Notes: generated from the sequence alone by a model not told the origin. 64,000 bases of DNA from Spirochaetota bacterium (GCA_965205605.1 CBDBHE010000006.1:32001-96000); one strand, 5' to 3'. Shown: positions 11,401 to 20,865, counted from the stretch's first letter. Numbers and translations: made by a program.

Positions 11401-14400
11401 AATTGTATAATCATCAAAATCTACATTTTCTAACTTTCCTTCATCTCGATTTCCTTCGTTTTTCACCTCTAAAGAGCTTTTCGAAAGCAGAAAATAATGG
11501 TCGTCTCTATAAGCAACTCTATTCATGAATTGTTGTTCTTGGTAGTCTTTTCCTCTTAGTTTTATATTTAGTTCGTGCCATTTATTTTGATTATTTCCAT
11601 TACTTTCTCCGATATTTTTAAAAGGAATTCGGAGTTCAAAATAGTTGTTTGGATTATCTCCAAATTGGTAAACAAGTTCTTCATTTCCAGAAGAGTAATC
11701 CACAGGATAAAAATATAATTTAAAATCTTTATAATAAGATAAATTAAGAGTTCTCTCTCCCTTTGCTTCATAGCGTTCTACCCAGGCAAAGCGTCCATCT
11801 ATACTATTGCTAATATTTTTATTTTCAACTCCATTTAAGTTATATTCGATATTTTGAGCTTGTTCAGTGAGGGTTTCAAATTCACGACTTAGCAAATTCC
11901 CATGCAGTCTTTCATAAGCCCTACGATATGCTTTTGAGAGGTGGTTTTTGTTGTAAAAATCATCTTGTTTAGTATTAATAGTTGAAAACAAAAACTGTCT
12001 TGGTGTAATCACTTCATTATTATCGACTTTAGCCTGCTGCCAAGTCGTGCCTTTAAAGCGAATGCTATCAATCACCACACGTCCTTTATTAAAAGCAGAG
12101 TTTGTAATTTCTAAAAAATTAAGTCGTAAATGCGTGACTTTAGTAAGACTATTATTAGTAACAAGATTCCTAAGAGGAACGGTGATTTTGATATATCGCT
12201 CTTTTTGAAACACGTCTGTTGAAGAACTATTGTTGTCTAAAATTTCATAAAAAGCTCTATTGGTATTAAAAGTATTTAAATTAAGCCCTTGGTCACTAAT
12301 GTACTCAGAATTAAACAGAAGAAAGTAATTTGTTGGGTTTTGACCTAATTCTGAACTAGGATAATTTATAATTTGTTCTTGAGAACTTGTTAAAGTGTCA
12401 AGTTGACCGTTTTGGTTTAAATCTTCTGTATCTTTTCGACCATTTCCTTCTGCAATATCATTTGGACTATTCCATCCTTTGTCACCGGCTCCTAATTTTG
12501 TTTCAATAGTATTAAAAATAGGAGATTTATTATAATTAAAAGTAAAACCATCAGCATCACTAATAAAATTTTCTTCATCCAGCTGACCATCTAAGTCAAA
12601 GTCTTCATTCAAATTGCCAATATCAATTGAAAACCCAAGTACTTTTGGATTATCTTCTAAATTCCCACTATTATCTGTTGTAGGAAGAAGTTTATAAATG
12701 ATTTCGATGGTGTTATAGCGTTTAAAATCACTAGATCTACCTACAAATTGAGCTCTGGTAATAAAAGAAACATAGCCATTAGAAGGACTTGTCGTTGCAT
12801 GAGAGGCTTCGAAATCATAATCAAAAACTAAAGAACTTTGATAGGGATAAAGTGTTCTACTTAAATGCCCTTCACTAACAACTTGATAAGGACCAGGCCT
12901 CACATTAAAAGGTCTAAAGTTGACATCTTGACGATAAATAAGGCCATTGGCATTATTGGCTCGCATAGCTTGTTCATTGTTTAAAGTAAACTCAATAGGC
13001 ACTTTATTGTCTGGATTTAAAAAAGAATATTCTGAAAAATCAATGTAATAACTTTTTCCAAGAGAACGATTTGCTAATGTTTCTAGCTGTGGGTTGGCTG
13101 TTAAATAATAACTATGATGATTCCCTGGAAAAGAAAAAGTTAAATCATCGCCTTCAACTGTATTAATGATTGCTTTTCCATTATTATTTGGGTTGTAAAT
13201 AGAAAAAGCATATTCACCATCTAAAATCAGAGAAGATTTATTAAGACGACGGCGTTGAAACATGCTAATTAAATCAATAGAAGTATCAATGTCACCTACT
13301 AACTGACTGGTTGATTCAAAACCTATTTGAGGAGCATTTAAACTGGCTTGGCCTAAAGAACCCGCTAAAGTCATACCGATATAATTTTCTTCTCCTCTAA
13401 ATTTCCAATCCATTCTTGCTGCTGCGATGGCTTTTTGAAGAGATGAACCAAAAGGTCGATATTCATAATAAACTTTTAATTTATTTCCTCTATACAATTC
13501 TTCTCCTTTATTAAAAAAAATTCTTCCAAAACTAGTAACGGTATATTTTTTTTTTTCTAATAGCTGATTATCTTTATAAATAATTACAGATTCAGGAATA
13601 ATATTAAAGCGTTCTAAATCAATATAATTTTTGTATTGTGTTTTATAGTTTAATTCAAGGTTAATGCGATTGTTATTTTCTGCATTTGGTTCTTTTACAG
13701 AATACATATTGGCATAATAGGCACTTTGTCTTGTAAAAACGGCTTGATCTTCAAAATAAAAATAACCTTTATTAAGGCTTATTTTACTATCACCATAAAT
13801 ATCAAAAGTATGATTAAAGGTCCCTCTCCACTCACTAGGATCAATTTTGATATTATTGTTATCTGTAATGAGTATCTTTAAACTTTCTATTTCAATGGAT
13901 TTTTCAATACGGTACCGATTTCTAAGTTCATAATAATTAGTAATATCTCTATCACCTAATTGTTCATCGGAGACAAAAATAATCACAAAGTTTGTTAAAG
14001 TATCACTTAAGTTTTGTCTATGATGAATTGTATAACTAGGGCCAAAAAAGTAACTAGCGTTTGTCCCTGTTGTCGAACGATAAGCTCCATTTGTTTGTTG
14101 AAAATTATAAAATAAAAGCGTGTGACCTTCTGGTTTACTTTTTTTGTGTTCAAAAACCCCCATATCATTTTCAATTTCATAACTTGCTTCACTGAGCTTT
14201 TTAAAATAACGACTGCCATTAATAATACCATCTCCATTGATATTACTAATGACTAAAAAAGCTTGAGAATAATTATCAGAATCTGTAATTTCTTCGTAAT
14301 AGTGAGCTTCATTAATATTACGATCAGGTAATTGAAAATATCTATTTTTAATATAATCAATGTCTCTTATGGTTTTTTGTTCTTTGCTTTCGATTGTAAA

Positions 14401-15315
14401 TTCTTTGACTTCTGAAACCCCTGCCGATAAGCTTAAAGAAGATTCAAAACTAAAAGGCCCTTTTTTCCCTTGAAGTAAAACACCAAATCCTTCTTTTTGA
14501 AGCCCTCCTGCTGTAATAAATTCAGATTTTGACCTAACGTTTAAATCAATTTGTCCAAACTTAATTTTTTTCAAAAGCTCATCATTATCTCCTACATACT
14601 CAATACGATAAGTATTCCTTCTATTTCGACTATTATGATTAACCTCTAGCTCTATTTTTCTTCCTATTTTTCCTTTGAGGTTTAAAATTAAGTTTTGATC
14701 GGCTGTGAGCCCATTACCAATTAAAGTAGGATCTAAAAAAGGCTCTTGAATTAGAGGGTTAAGACCTGTGAAGAAATCTTGAAAAATATATTGATAGGCG
14801 TAATTTCTTTTTTGTCGTTCTGAAGGGATGAGTTTGTTAATATACTGTGAAAACCCATAACGAAAACTAATATCTTGATTTCCAAATAAGCGTAAGCTTG
14901 TTTCAATATCTTCAAAAGAAAGCCCTAAATTTAATCCTTTTTTTTCTGTTTCATTTTTCCCTTCTCTTTCTCTTTGAATTTTTTTTAGTAACCATTTTGC
15001 TTCTTTATCATAAGTGATCAAGTGATCTCCAAAAAAATCTTCTCCGTATTTATAATAATCTTTTAAATAAAGATTTAAAATGATAGCTCTTAAATAGGTG
15101 CTTTCTTCACTAAGTTGGTCTAAAGAACTGTAATCAAGATTAGTGTAGATATAAAAGTTTTTATTAATTTCTTTTTCATTATTTTCCAGATTATTTTGGC
15201 TTAACTCTAAGAGCTTGTCTTCTAAAAGACTTGGGAAATCATAAATCTCTTCACTATAAATATAAACAAAAAATAAGAAGAAAATTAAAATAATTCTTCT
15301 TAAAAATGAGAACAA
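8458..15315 (-). CDS. sprA: Very large outer-membrane beta-barrel protein, SprA/Sov (T9SS translocon)-like
   Basis: Signal peptide. SprA-like motifs: LKGKIGRKIELEVNH...IEYVGDNDELLKKIKFGQIDL...FGVLLQGKKGPF, DIGNLNEDFDLDGQLDEEN, DTEDLNQNGQLD, GNPSLYEVSYFLIGV...GRFWLNEF. Amphipathic strands, C-terminal Phe, 2285 aa. Confidence 0.72.
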   Translation of the reverse strand: MFSFLRRIILIFFLFFVYIYSEEIYDFPSLLEDKLLELSQNNLENNEKEINKNFYIYTNLDYSSLDQLSEESTYLRAIILNLYLKDYYKYGEDFFGDHLITYDKEAKWLLKKIQREREGKNETEKKGLNLGLSFEDIETSLRLFGNQDISFRYGFSQYINKLIPSERQKRNYAYQYIFQDFFTGLNPLIQEPFLDPTLIGNGLTADQNLILNLKGKIGRKIELEVNHNSRNRRNTYRIEYVGDNDELLKKIKFGQIDLNVRSKSEFITAGGLQKEGFGVLLQGKKGPFSFESSLSLSAGVSEVKEFTIESKEQKTIRDIDYIKNRYFQLPDRNINEAHYYEEITDSDNYSQAFLVISNINGDGIINGSRYFKKLSEASYEIENDMGVFEHKKSKPEGHTLLFYNFQQTNGAYRSTTGTNASYFFGPSYTIHHRQNLSDTLTNFVIIFVSDEQLGDRDITNYYELRNRYRIEKSIEIESLKILITDNNNIKIDPSEWRGTFNHTFDIYGDSKISLNKGYFYFEDQAVFTRQSAYYANMYSVKEPNAENNNRINLELNYKTQYKNYIDLERFNIIPESVIIYKDNQLLEKKKYTVTSFGRIFFNKGEELYRGNKLKVYYEYRPFGSSLQKAIAAARMDWKFRGEENYIGMTLAGSLGQASLNAPQIGFESTSQLVGDIDTSIDLISMFQRRRLNKSSLILDGEYAFSIYNPNNNGKAIINTVEGDDLTFSFPGNHHSYYLTANPQLETLANRSLGKSYYIDFSEYSFLNPDNKVPIEFTLNNEQAMRANNANGLIYRQDVNFRPFNVRPGPYQVVSEGHLSRTLYPYQSSLVFDYDFEASHATTSPSNGYVSFITRAQFVGRSSDFKRYNTIEIIYKLLPTTDNSGNLEDNPKVLGFSIDIGNLNEDFDLDGQLDEENFISDADGFTFNYNKSPIFNTIETKLGAGDKGWNSPNDIAEGNGRKDTEDLNQNGQLDTLTSSQEQIINYPSSELGQNPTNYFLLFNSEYISDQGLNLNTFNTNRAFYEILDNNSSSTDVFQKERYIKITVPLRNLVTNNSLTKVTHLRLNFLEITNSAFNKGRVVIDSIRFKGTTWQQAKVDNNEVITPRQFLFSTINTKQDDFYNKNHLSKAYRRAYERLHGNLLSREFETLTEQAQNIEYNLNGVENKNISNSIDGRFAWVERYEAKGERTLNLSYYKDFKLYFYPVDYSSGNEELVYQFGDNPNNYFELRIPFKNIGESNGNNQNKWHELNIKLRGKDYQEQQFMNRVAYRDDHYFLLSKSSLEVKNEGNRDEGKLENVDFDDYTIRKIGNPSLYEVSYFLIGVDSKGQNATGRFWLNEFHVDNSEIFFGHAYRFGLTYKQNEPLQYRQRNIISETQSSFKYRHEGLGFSTLDQQANRNQQELSSFNLQTKILDRLRFSFNKSKDYDVSEYRESFLPKENQTLTHRDLTGFSFQLDLKDNLIIPTIQHTASYNKTRNLGFVTLSSNVINREYSLDLNEISVKTYSLGESKKFNFTPDLFIDQEYKIATTFNKIALLKKNVDINEVVFYNTQDPFFHPVELLDENSNKKRFPILEKFPNISDSIDEKRNLLEELEYSFYQRQSISTTLGIEKFRLDFRYTIEDQHNLLSTNISKLDLEKIASLYEKESIELQWYEFYWSEFSSIFSNPFIEDQSKYLSKKRNYSITFSYLNPVYIFNTPLLSSFNASISYSYAENNFRKTTTDFLSSEFILYQTNQNNYSSKEKKLLIDYSDQLVDFYQDEQKYKNIQNTLNLNLTLPIIFKNHLFKSLRLNFSRRLSLLENNVLDLKENDLSSSEKKLWKGIEDNFSDLSIGLKGEEQQLAYFEKIRSTALYFPYFDFWFLNDLAYAVISPFIGKLKNDERNRLSFLNAHRFWASKEIDSSINYRSKKPSFSGTEHISQFTSHSEFSSTVSHNESFRMEMNLSRIPILKDYLPSQFLYSGSLETRKTNWIIYQKQNRSLKLEKRFQSLSHYISRKWIPKAKDFERSINFSAALEFNENKDFNEKSLIKKYKFTLNNNYQLIKHVNIQSAYIFDQTETYYALRYRYNDTQGKTHYLPYLGIGPYHEIKSTDSTLKTEETLNLGELENIYFFSDINDFGKDPTDLIKRTHSFRLAFSWENKNPTKFFNLFSLPPNSSKRLSFDFTFYDYDLPFVNRSTLLEDGKVSPNDQPNAIGRKNLSLFTNPNNSKIVRNWLTKATFLNIYKVTENFSFETSFVLAVISEFVANSFQAYLKIPYNNNANWQENYLREDDYIQMGFDFSIKGKILF

Positions 15316-15342
15316 GGGGATTAATTTAGATGAATTGTTTTT

Positions 15343-17118
15343 TTATTTAAGGCTTCTAATATCATTATAGAAAACAAATACAAATAAGCAAATCAAAAAT
15401 ATAAGCCCACAAATATGGATTACGTTTAAAATTTCTTGCTTAATAGGTTTTCTTCGAAAAAGTTCGTATAAAAGTATGATAAAATGTCCCCCATCAACAA
15501 CAGGAATAGGTAACATATTCACAATGGCAAGACTAACTCCTATTTTAGCAAAAAGTAAAATAAAATAGGCCAGTCCTTTATTTTCAGCAACATAATAAGA
15601 AACTTCAAAAATTCTAATAGGTCCCCCTAGCATTTTCACAGACATCTTTCCTGTAATCAGTCTTTGTAAAAAAGTATAAACTTCTTTTAATTCGTCACCT
15701 GTCTTTCCAAACGCTTTGTATAAAGAGGTGCCAAGGGAATAACGAATAATTTTATTTTCTTCTTTTAATTTAACAAGATGACCTTTTTCTTTTAAATCAA
15801 GTATTAATTTTGAAATTGAAACAACTTTAGGTTTCCCTCTTCTTACGATGACAAAATCAACGATGGTTTCTTTAATTTTTGTTTTTAAAATTTGATCCCC
15901 TACTTTAAGACCTTCACCTAATTTTGAAAGGGAAGGATTTAAATAGCTAACTTGGTTGGCTTTTTCCTTAAAGGTGATAGAATGAGAAATCCCAAGAAAA
16001 TACCTTTCTTTATTAGAATCAAATTGAGGGGTTAAAGTTAAATTGGTAATAATATCCTCTCTTTTAATAGAGAGGATAATGGGTTTATTTGCTTGGATTT
16101 TTTTAGAAGATTGGTTTAGATCTTCCCATCCTTTAATAACTTCTCCGTTAAAAGAAAGAATTTCATCCCCATTTTTAAACCCTGCTTTTTCAGCGGCTCC
16201 ATTAGGAAGCACATCGATGATGGCTTTTAACATATAGCCTTTTGAAAAGATTTTTTCAGCAGGAATGATTGTCTTTTGAATGACAATTTGGTTTTCTTTT
16301 CTAACAAATAAGGTTACTTGTTTGTTAGGGTTATTGTAAATGAGATCGTAAATACCGTAAGGAGTTTGCCTAGTGAGGTTAGCAGTGGGGATGTGTGCTT
16401 TAATAATTTCTCCTTGTGTTATAAGAGAGTTTGAAACATCATTTTTTTGATGAATAATGGCAGCACTATAAGGCAAAATTCCTAATTGAGGAGGAAGATC
16501 ATTTTTTTGATTTATTTTTTTAAGCTTTGTTTTAAAAGTAAGGTTTTTATCAAGTCGTTTAACCCCAAGCACCACTTCTTTAGAAGTATCTTTAATAAAA
16601 GCAACTTCTGTTAAGATTTCTTCCCAAGTTTCTACTTTTTTATCATTGATATGAGTGACTTCATCTCTTAGCTGAACCCCACTGTTATTAATAGGAAAAG
16701 AAGGCATAAAACCACCTACTTTATTGGTTGTAAACGGAACTCCGATTTTAAAAGCAATTACAATTAAAAAATAAGCGAAAATGAGGTTCATAATCACCCC
16801 TGCAGTCACAATAAAAATTCTTTGTAAAGGAGTTTTGGATAAATAATGACCTTCTTCAAAGAGATTTTTTTTTGTTTTTTTGGTATTACGTTTAGGAAGA
16901 TCTTCTTGGCCTAGCATTTCAACATAGCCCCCGATAGGCAGTAGGGCAATAATGTAATCAGTCCCTTTTTTGTCTGTATACAGATGCAGGATTTTAGGTC
17001 CCATGCCAATAGCAAATGTTTTTACTTTTACTCCCACTATTCTAGCAGCTAAAAAATGACCTAGCTCGTGAACAAAAATAGTTAAAGTAAACCCAATTAG
17101 AATCATTAAAACAATCAT
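15343..17118 (-). CDS. rseP: RIP metalloprotease RseP (M50) with multiple PDZ domains
   Basis: HELGH, LPIGGYV and NMLPIPVVDGGH motifs; PDZ segments; adjacent to dxr. Confidence 0.95.
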   Translation of the reverse strand: MIVLMILIGFTLTIFVHELGHFLAARIVGVKVKTFAIGMGPKILHLYTDKKGTDYIIALLPIGGYVEMLGQEDLPKRNTKKTKKNLFEEGHYLSKTPLQRIFIVTAGVIMNLIFAYFLIVIAFKIGVPFTTNKVGGFMPSFPINNSGVQLRDEVTHINDKKVETWEEILTEVAFIKDTSKEVVLGVKRLDKNLTFKTKLKKINQKNDLPPQLGILPYSAAIIHQKNDVSNSLITQGEIIKAHIPTANLTRQTPYGIYDLIYNNPNKQVTLFVRKENQIVIQKTIIPAEKIFSKGYMLKAIIDVLPNGAAEKAGFKNGDEILSFNGEVIKGWEDLNQSSKKIQANKPIILSIKREDIITNLTLTPQFDSNKERYFLGISHSITFKEKANQVSYLNPSLSKLGEGLKVGDQILKTKIKETIVDFVIVRRGKPKVVSISKLILDLKEKGHLVKLKEENKIIRYSLGTSLYKAFGKTGDELKEVYTFLQRLITGKMSVKMLGGPIRIFEVSYYVAENKGLAYFILLFAKIGVSLAIVNMLPIPVVDGGHFIILLYELFRRKPIKQEILNVIHICGLIFLICLFVFVFYNDIRSLK

Positions 17119-17140
17119 TTTATTTTTCCTTAACTTTTGT

Positions 17141-17149
17141 ATTGTATCA
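17141..17149 (-). promoter_or_regulatory. Extended -10 promoter element upstream of rseP and the sprA-like gene
   Basis: TGATACAAT on the minus strand, followed by AAGGA and the rseP ATG 22 nt downstream. Confidence 0.45.
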
Positions 17150-17160
17150 CTAAAATAGTT

Positions 17161-18296
17161 TTAATGCTTTGAGATAATTCCTTTTTTTATTTCTTTATCT
17201 AAAGTAATAATGTCTTTTAAAGTCATGTTATTTTTGATAGGGTAGGTTGAAACAGCTTCATAAACAATTGAATAAATTTCTTTAAAAGTTATCTTTTTAA
17301 GTAAAAAAAGATTGACAGCTGCTTCATTAGCTGCATTTAAAATTGCGTTACAAGAGCCTCCTTTTTTTCCAGATTCAAAAGCAAGTTTGAGTAAAGGAAA
17401 TTGCTTTAAATTAGTTTTAAAAAACTGAAGTGATGCCACTTCCCAAAGCTTAAAAGATGGTAAAGACGATGGGTATAGGTGGGGATAGGTTAGGGCGTTT
17501 TGAATGGGTATCTTCATATCACGATGTCCTATTTGAGCGTAAAGTTCACCTTCGATAGTTTCAATAAAAGAATGAACAATTGATTGAGGATGAATAATGG
17601 TTTCTATTTTTTCATAAGGCAGATTAAAAAGGTAATGTGCTTCAATAATTTCTAGCCCTTTATTCATCATCGTTGCTGAATCAATTGAAATTTTTTTCCC
17701 CATTTTCCAAGTAGGATGATTTAAAGCTTGCTCAACACTTGGGTTTTTGATATTTTGATTAAAAAAAGGACCTCCAGAAGCGGTTAGAATTACTTTTTTC
17801 AAGTTTTTTTTTTCTAAGTTTTTAAGCATCATAAAAATAGCAGAATGTTCACTATCAATCGGCAAAAGTTTGATTTTTTTTTTTTTGCTTTTTGAATGAC
17901 TAAATCTCCTGCCATCACAAGCGTTTCTTTATTGGCTAAAGCGATATCAGCTTTTTTTTCAATGGCTAATAGAGTTGGTTCTAAACCCACACTGCCAACA
18001 ACGGCATTAATAAGGAGTTGGAAAGAGCTTTCTAAAACAGCTTCTTGGATGTTATTTTTAATTAATATTTTGGGGAATTCTTTTTTAATTTCTTGATAAG
18101 CTTTTTCATTATCAATGCAGATAATTTCAGGGTTTAAAAGATTAATTTGTTTTTTTAATAGGTTTTTGTTTGTATGGGCACTAAGACCTACTATTTTATA
18201 TTTAGGGGTTTTTTCTAGGTGGTTTAAGTGTTGGATGGTTGCAATTGTATTGGTGCCAATAGAGCCAGTGCTACCTAAAATAAAAACACGTTTCAT
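17161..18296 (-). pseudogene. dxr: 1-deoxy-D-xylulose-5-phosphate reductoisomerase split by a 1-nt frameshift in an A13 tract (ORFs 17829-18296 and 17161-17865)
   Basis: N-terminal part has LGSTGSIG and ANKETLV; C-terminal part has PIDSEH, LTASGGPF, HPTWKMGKKISIDSATMMNKGLE. One extra A at 17874-17886 restores AKKKKIKLLPIDSEH. No other lesion seen, so it may be functional or an assembly error. Confidence 0.9.
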
Positions 18297-18312
18297 TTTT
18301 TAAAATGAACGG

Positions 18313-18903
18313 TTATTCAATTAAAGAACGATGGAATAAAGCTTTTTTTAAAGTAATTTCATCAATATATTCTAATTCTGTTCCTATTGGGATGCCAATA
18401 GCAATACGACTAAGTTTGATTTTTTTGTCTTTAAACTTACTTCTTATGATTTTAATAGTTGCTTCGGCTTCGATTGTTTGTTCTAAAGCAAAAATGACTT
18501 CATCAACGGGGTAAGTGAGACGTTTTAGTAGGGTATTAATGGATATATCTTGTTCATTAATATCATTGATAGGTGAAATAAGCCCACCTAAGACATGATA
18601 AAGACCTAAATAAGCATGCGCTCTTTCTATGTTAAGGGCATCTTGAATGCTCTTAACAACACAAATACTTTTCTTGCTTCTCTTTGACGAAGTGCAAATT
18701 TTACAAGGTTTTTGCTCAGAAATGAGCCCGCAAATATGACAACGAACGGTTTTTTCAATAAAGTCTTCAATGGATTGTGTGAGTAGCTTGACTTCTCGTT
18801 TGTTGGATTCTAAAAGATAAAAAGCAATATTTTCCGCTGATTTTTTTCCGATAGAAGGCAGTCTTTTTAAAGCTTGAATCACATTATTAAAGCTGGAAGC
18901 CAT
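18313..18903 (-). CDS. recR: Recombination protein RecR
   Basis: LPSIGKKSA HhH motif, C4 zinc finger (CHICG...CKIC), YHVLGGLISP; dnaX-ybaB-recR synteny. Confidence 0.96.
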   Translation of the reverse strand: MASSFNNVIQALKRLPSIGKKSAENIAFYLLESNKREVKLLTQSIEDFIEKTVRCHICGLISEQKPCKICTSSKRSKKSICVVKSIQDALNIERAHAYLGLYHVLGGLISPINDINEQDISINTLLKRLTYPVDEVIFALEQTIEAEATIKIIRSKFKDKKIKLSRIAIGIPIGTELEYIDEITLKKALFHRSLIE

Positions 18904-18916
18904 TAAAAAATTCTAA

Positions 18917-19234
18917 TTAAAAAGAAGGAAGGTCAGGAATATTGAATCCTTTTGTAAGGCCTTGAAGTCCACTTTTTGCTTCTTCGTCTGCTTTGGCAAT
19001 AGCACTATTATAGGCAGAAACAATTAGATCTTCTAAAACTTCAACTTCCTTAGGATCCACAACTTCTTTACTAATTTTAATTTTTTTTGCTTCTTTTTTC
19101 CCATTGATAGTAACCGTAACTAAATCGCCACCTGAAGAAGCTGAAAACTCTTTATTCTCTAGTTTTTGTTGTGCTTTTAGCATTTCTTGTTGTAATTTTT
19201 GAGCTTGTTTTAACATATTGTTCATTTGATTCAT
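18917..19234 (-). CDS. ybaB: YbaB/EbfC nucleoid-associated protein
   Basis: KQAQKLQQEM, SGGDLVTVTINGKKE, LEDLIVSAYN. Confidence 0.95.
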   Translation of the reverse strand: MNQMNNMLKQAQKLQQEMLKAQQKLENKEFSASSGGDLVTVTINGKKEAKKIKISKEVVDPKEVEVLEDLIVSAYNSAIAKADEEAKSGLQGLTKGFNIPDLPSF

Positions 19235-19268
19235 TTTTTTTTAAAAACCTCTTTTTTGGGTACAATTC

Positions 19269-20726
19269 TTATTCTTCTGTAATAGAACCATTGAAAATTT
19301 CAGCAGCCTGTTCTGCACTTGATTTAAAAGATCCTTCTTTAAGAAAAATTTTATTTATTGTATCATTTCCTTTCTTTTTTATCTTATCGAATAAAAGATT
19401 TTTAAATTGTTCCCAAATTTTTTTATTCAATTTATTTTTAATTGTTGAAAATGTAAGTGTTTGTTTATTAAAATCTTTTAATACAATCGTTTGTTTTAAA
19501 TCTTTCATTGATGGGTTTTGTTTTTCAATTTCGTCAATAAAGCCATTGATATCTTCTTTAGATAAAACGTCTTCTTGTTTTTCAAGATTTTTTGCAAAAG
19601 CGAGCAAGTCTGTTTTAAGTTGTTCTGGAGTAATAAGGGTCCGATAGCGATGAAGTTTGATTAGAAAAAATTGAATCATTATCTTTTCACTGATGGTTGT
19701 TTTGAGTTCTTTTAAAAACTCAAAGCAAATATCATTTAATAAAAATAGTTCTTCGACTTCAAAATAGTCTTTAATTTCTTTTAAAAAAACAATGTGTTCT
19801 TCACTTACTTCTAAAAGATTGGGGTCTTCTAAGCCTTCTTTAAGATAAAGAATGGTTGAAAAACATTCGATGAGTTCATAAAGAAATAATTGAATATCTT
19901 TGCCTTCTTCTAAAAGAGCAGAAACAATTTGCTTTGTATGCGTTATTTTATTTTCAAATAGAGAATGAATAAATTTTTTTTTAATCTCTAACTCTGTTTT
20001 TCCAAGAAGAGCAATTGTTTTTTTTTCACTTAAATGCCCTTGGCAATAAGCAATCACTTGATCGAGAATATTTTGAGCATCTCTCATGGATCCATTTCCT
20101 CCTTGAGCAATGTGAAAAAGACTTTCTTTATCATAGGTGATTTTTTCTGCTGCTAAAATAGCTTTCAGTTGGGATTCAAGGGTTTTAATGTCAAACGCTT
20201 TAAAAGCATAATGCTGGCAACGAGAGCGAATCGTTACAGGGACCTTGTGACTTTCTGTTGTACAAAAAATAAAAATCACTTTAAAAGGAGGTTCTTCAAG
20301 AGATTTTAAAAGTGCATTAAAAGCTTCTATGGTCAACATATGCACTTCATCAATAACAAAAATACGATATTTCCCTTCAGGAGATGAATACTGCAGGCTT
20401 TCATTAAGTTCTCTTATTTGGTTGATGCCCCTATTAGAAGCACCATCAATTTCTTTATAGTTAATGGAAGTATTAAGGTGGACTTCTTGACAAAAACTGC
20501 AAATGTTACAAGGTTTTTCAGTAGGAGCATCAGTGCAATTAAGCGCTTTAGCAAGGATCCGTGACATCGTTGTTTTTCCTACCCCTCTTGGTCCTGAAAA
20601 AAGGTAAGATTGAGAAATCTTCTTTTTTAAAATTGCGTTTTTAAGTGTAAGAGTGACATGTTTTTGACCTAAGACTTCATTAAAATTTTGAGGTCTCCAT
20701 TTTCTAGCTGTAATTAAATAGCCCAT
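19269..20726 (-). CDS. dnaX: DNA polymerase III subunit gamma/tau
   Basis: ARKWRPQNF, GPRGVGKTT, DEVHML, AFNALLK, SRC. Confidence 0.97.
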   Translation of the reverse strand: MGYLITARKWRPQNFNEVLGQKHVTLTLKNAILKKKISQSYLFSGPRGVGKTTMSRILAKALNCTDAPTEKPCNICSFCQEVHLNTSINYKEIDGASNRGINQIRELNESLQYSSPEGKYRIFVIDEVHMLTIEAFNALLKSLEEPPFKVIFIFCTTESHKVPVTIRSRCQHYAFKAFDIKTLESQLKAILAAEKITYDKESLFHIAQGGNGSMRDAQNILDQVIAYCQGHLSEKKTIALLGKTELEIKKKFIHSLFENKITHTKQIVSALLEEGKDIQLFLYELIECFSTILYLKEGLEDPNLLEVSEEHIVFLKEIKDYFEVEELFLLNDICFEFLKELKTTISEKIMIQFFLIKLHRYRTLITPEQLKTDLLAFAKNLEKQEDVLSKEDINGFIDEIEKQNPSMKDLKQTIVLKDFNKQTLTFSTIKNKLNKKIWEQFKNLLFDKIKKKGNDTINKIFLKEGSFKSSAEQAAEIFNGSITEE

Positions 20727-20749
20727 AGATAATCTTCTTTTAAAAAAAG

Positions 20750-20865
20750 GTCCCCTGTAAAGAACGATAATCTTTTCACCTTAACAAATCATCTTCCGCT
20801 GCTGTCTTCCGACCCTGACGGCTTGAGATGATTTTTAATCGAAAAGCATCCCTCTTCACAGGAGT
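20750..20865 (-). ncRNA. ffs: Signal recognition particle RNA (4.5S)
   Basis: Minus strand reads CCGTCAGGGTCGGAAGACAGCAGCGG (helix 8 GGAA tetraloop and AGCAG motif) inside a long hairpin closed by CTCCTGTGAAGAG/TTCTTTACAGGGG; usual position upstream of dnaX. Confidence 0.92.

Noticed and set aside
8458-15315. Apparent enrichment of TN or N-x-S/T glycosylation-like motifs in the SprA-like protein
   Set aside because: A rough count of about a dozen TN dipeptides is what the high Asn/Thr content would give by chance.
19374-19380. A_AAA_AAG -1 frameshift heptamer in dnaX (gamma/tau switch)
   Set aside because: It is only about 35 codons from the end, has no obvious stimulatory hairpin or SD, and the heptamer is common by chance at this AT content.
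19171-19647. 158-aa antisense ORF and the other short nested or antisense ORFs in the track (for example 7099, 7112, 16043, 23919, 31812, 47594, 58541)
   Set aside because: They lie inside or opposite well-supported genes and have the F/L/S/I-rich composition of shadow frames.
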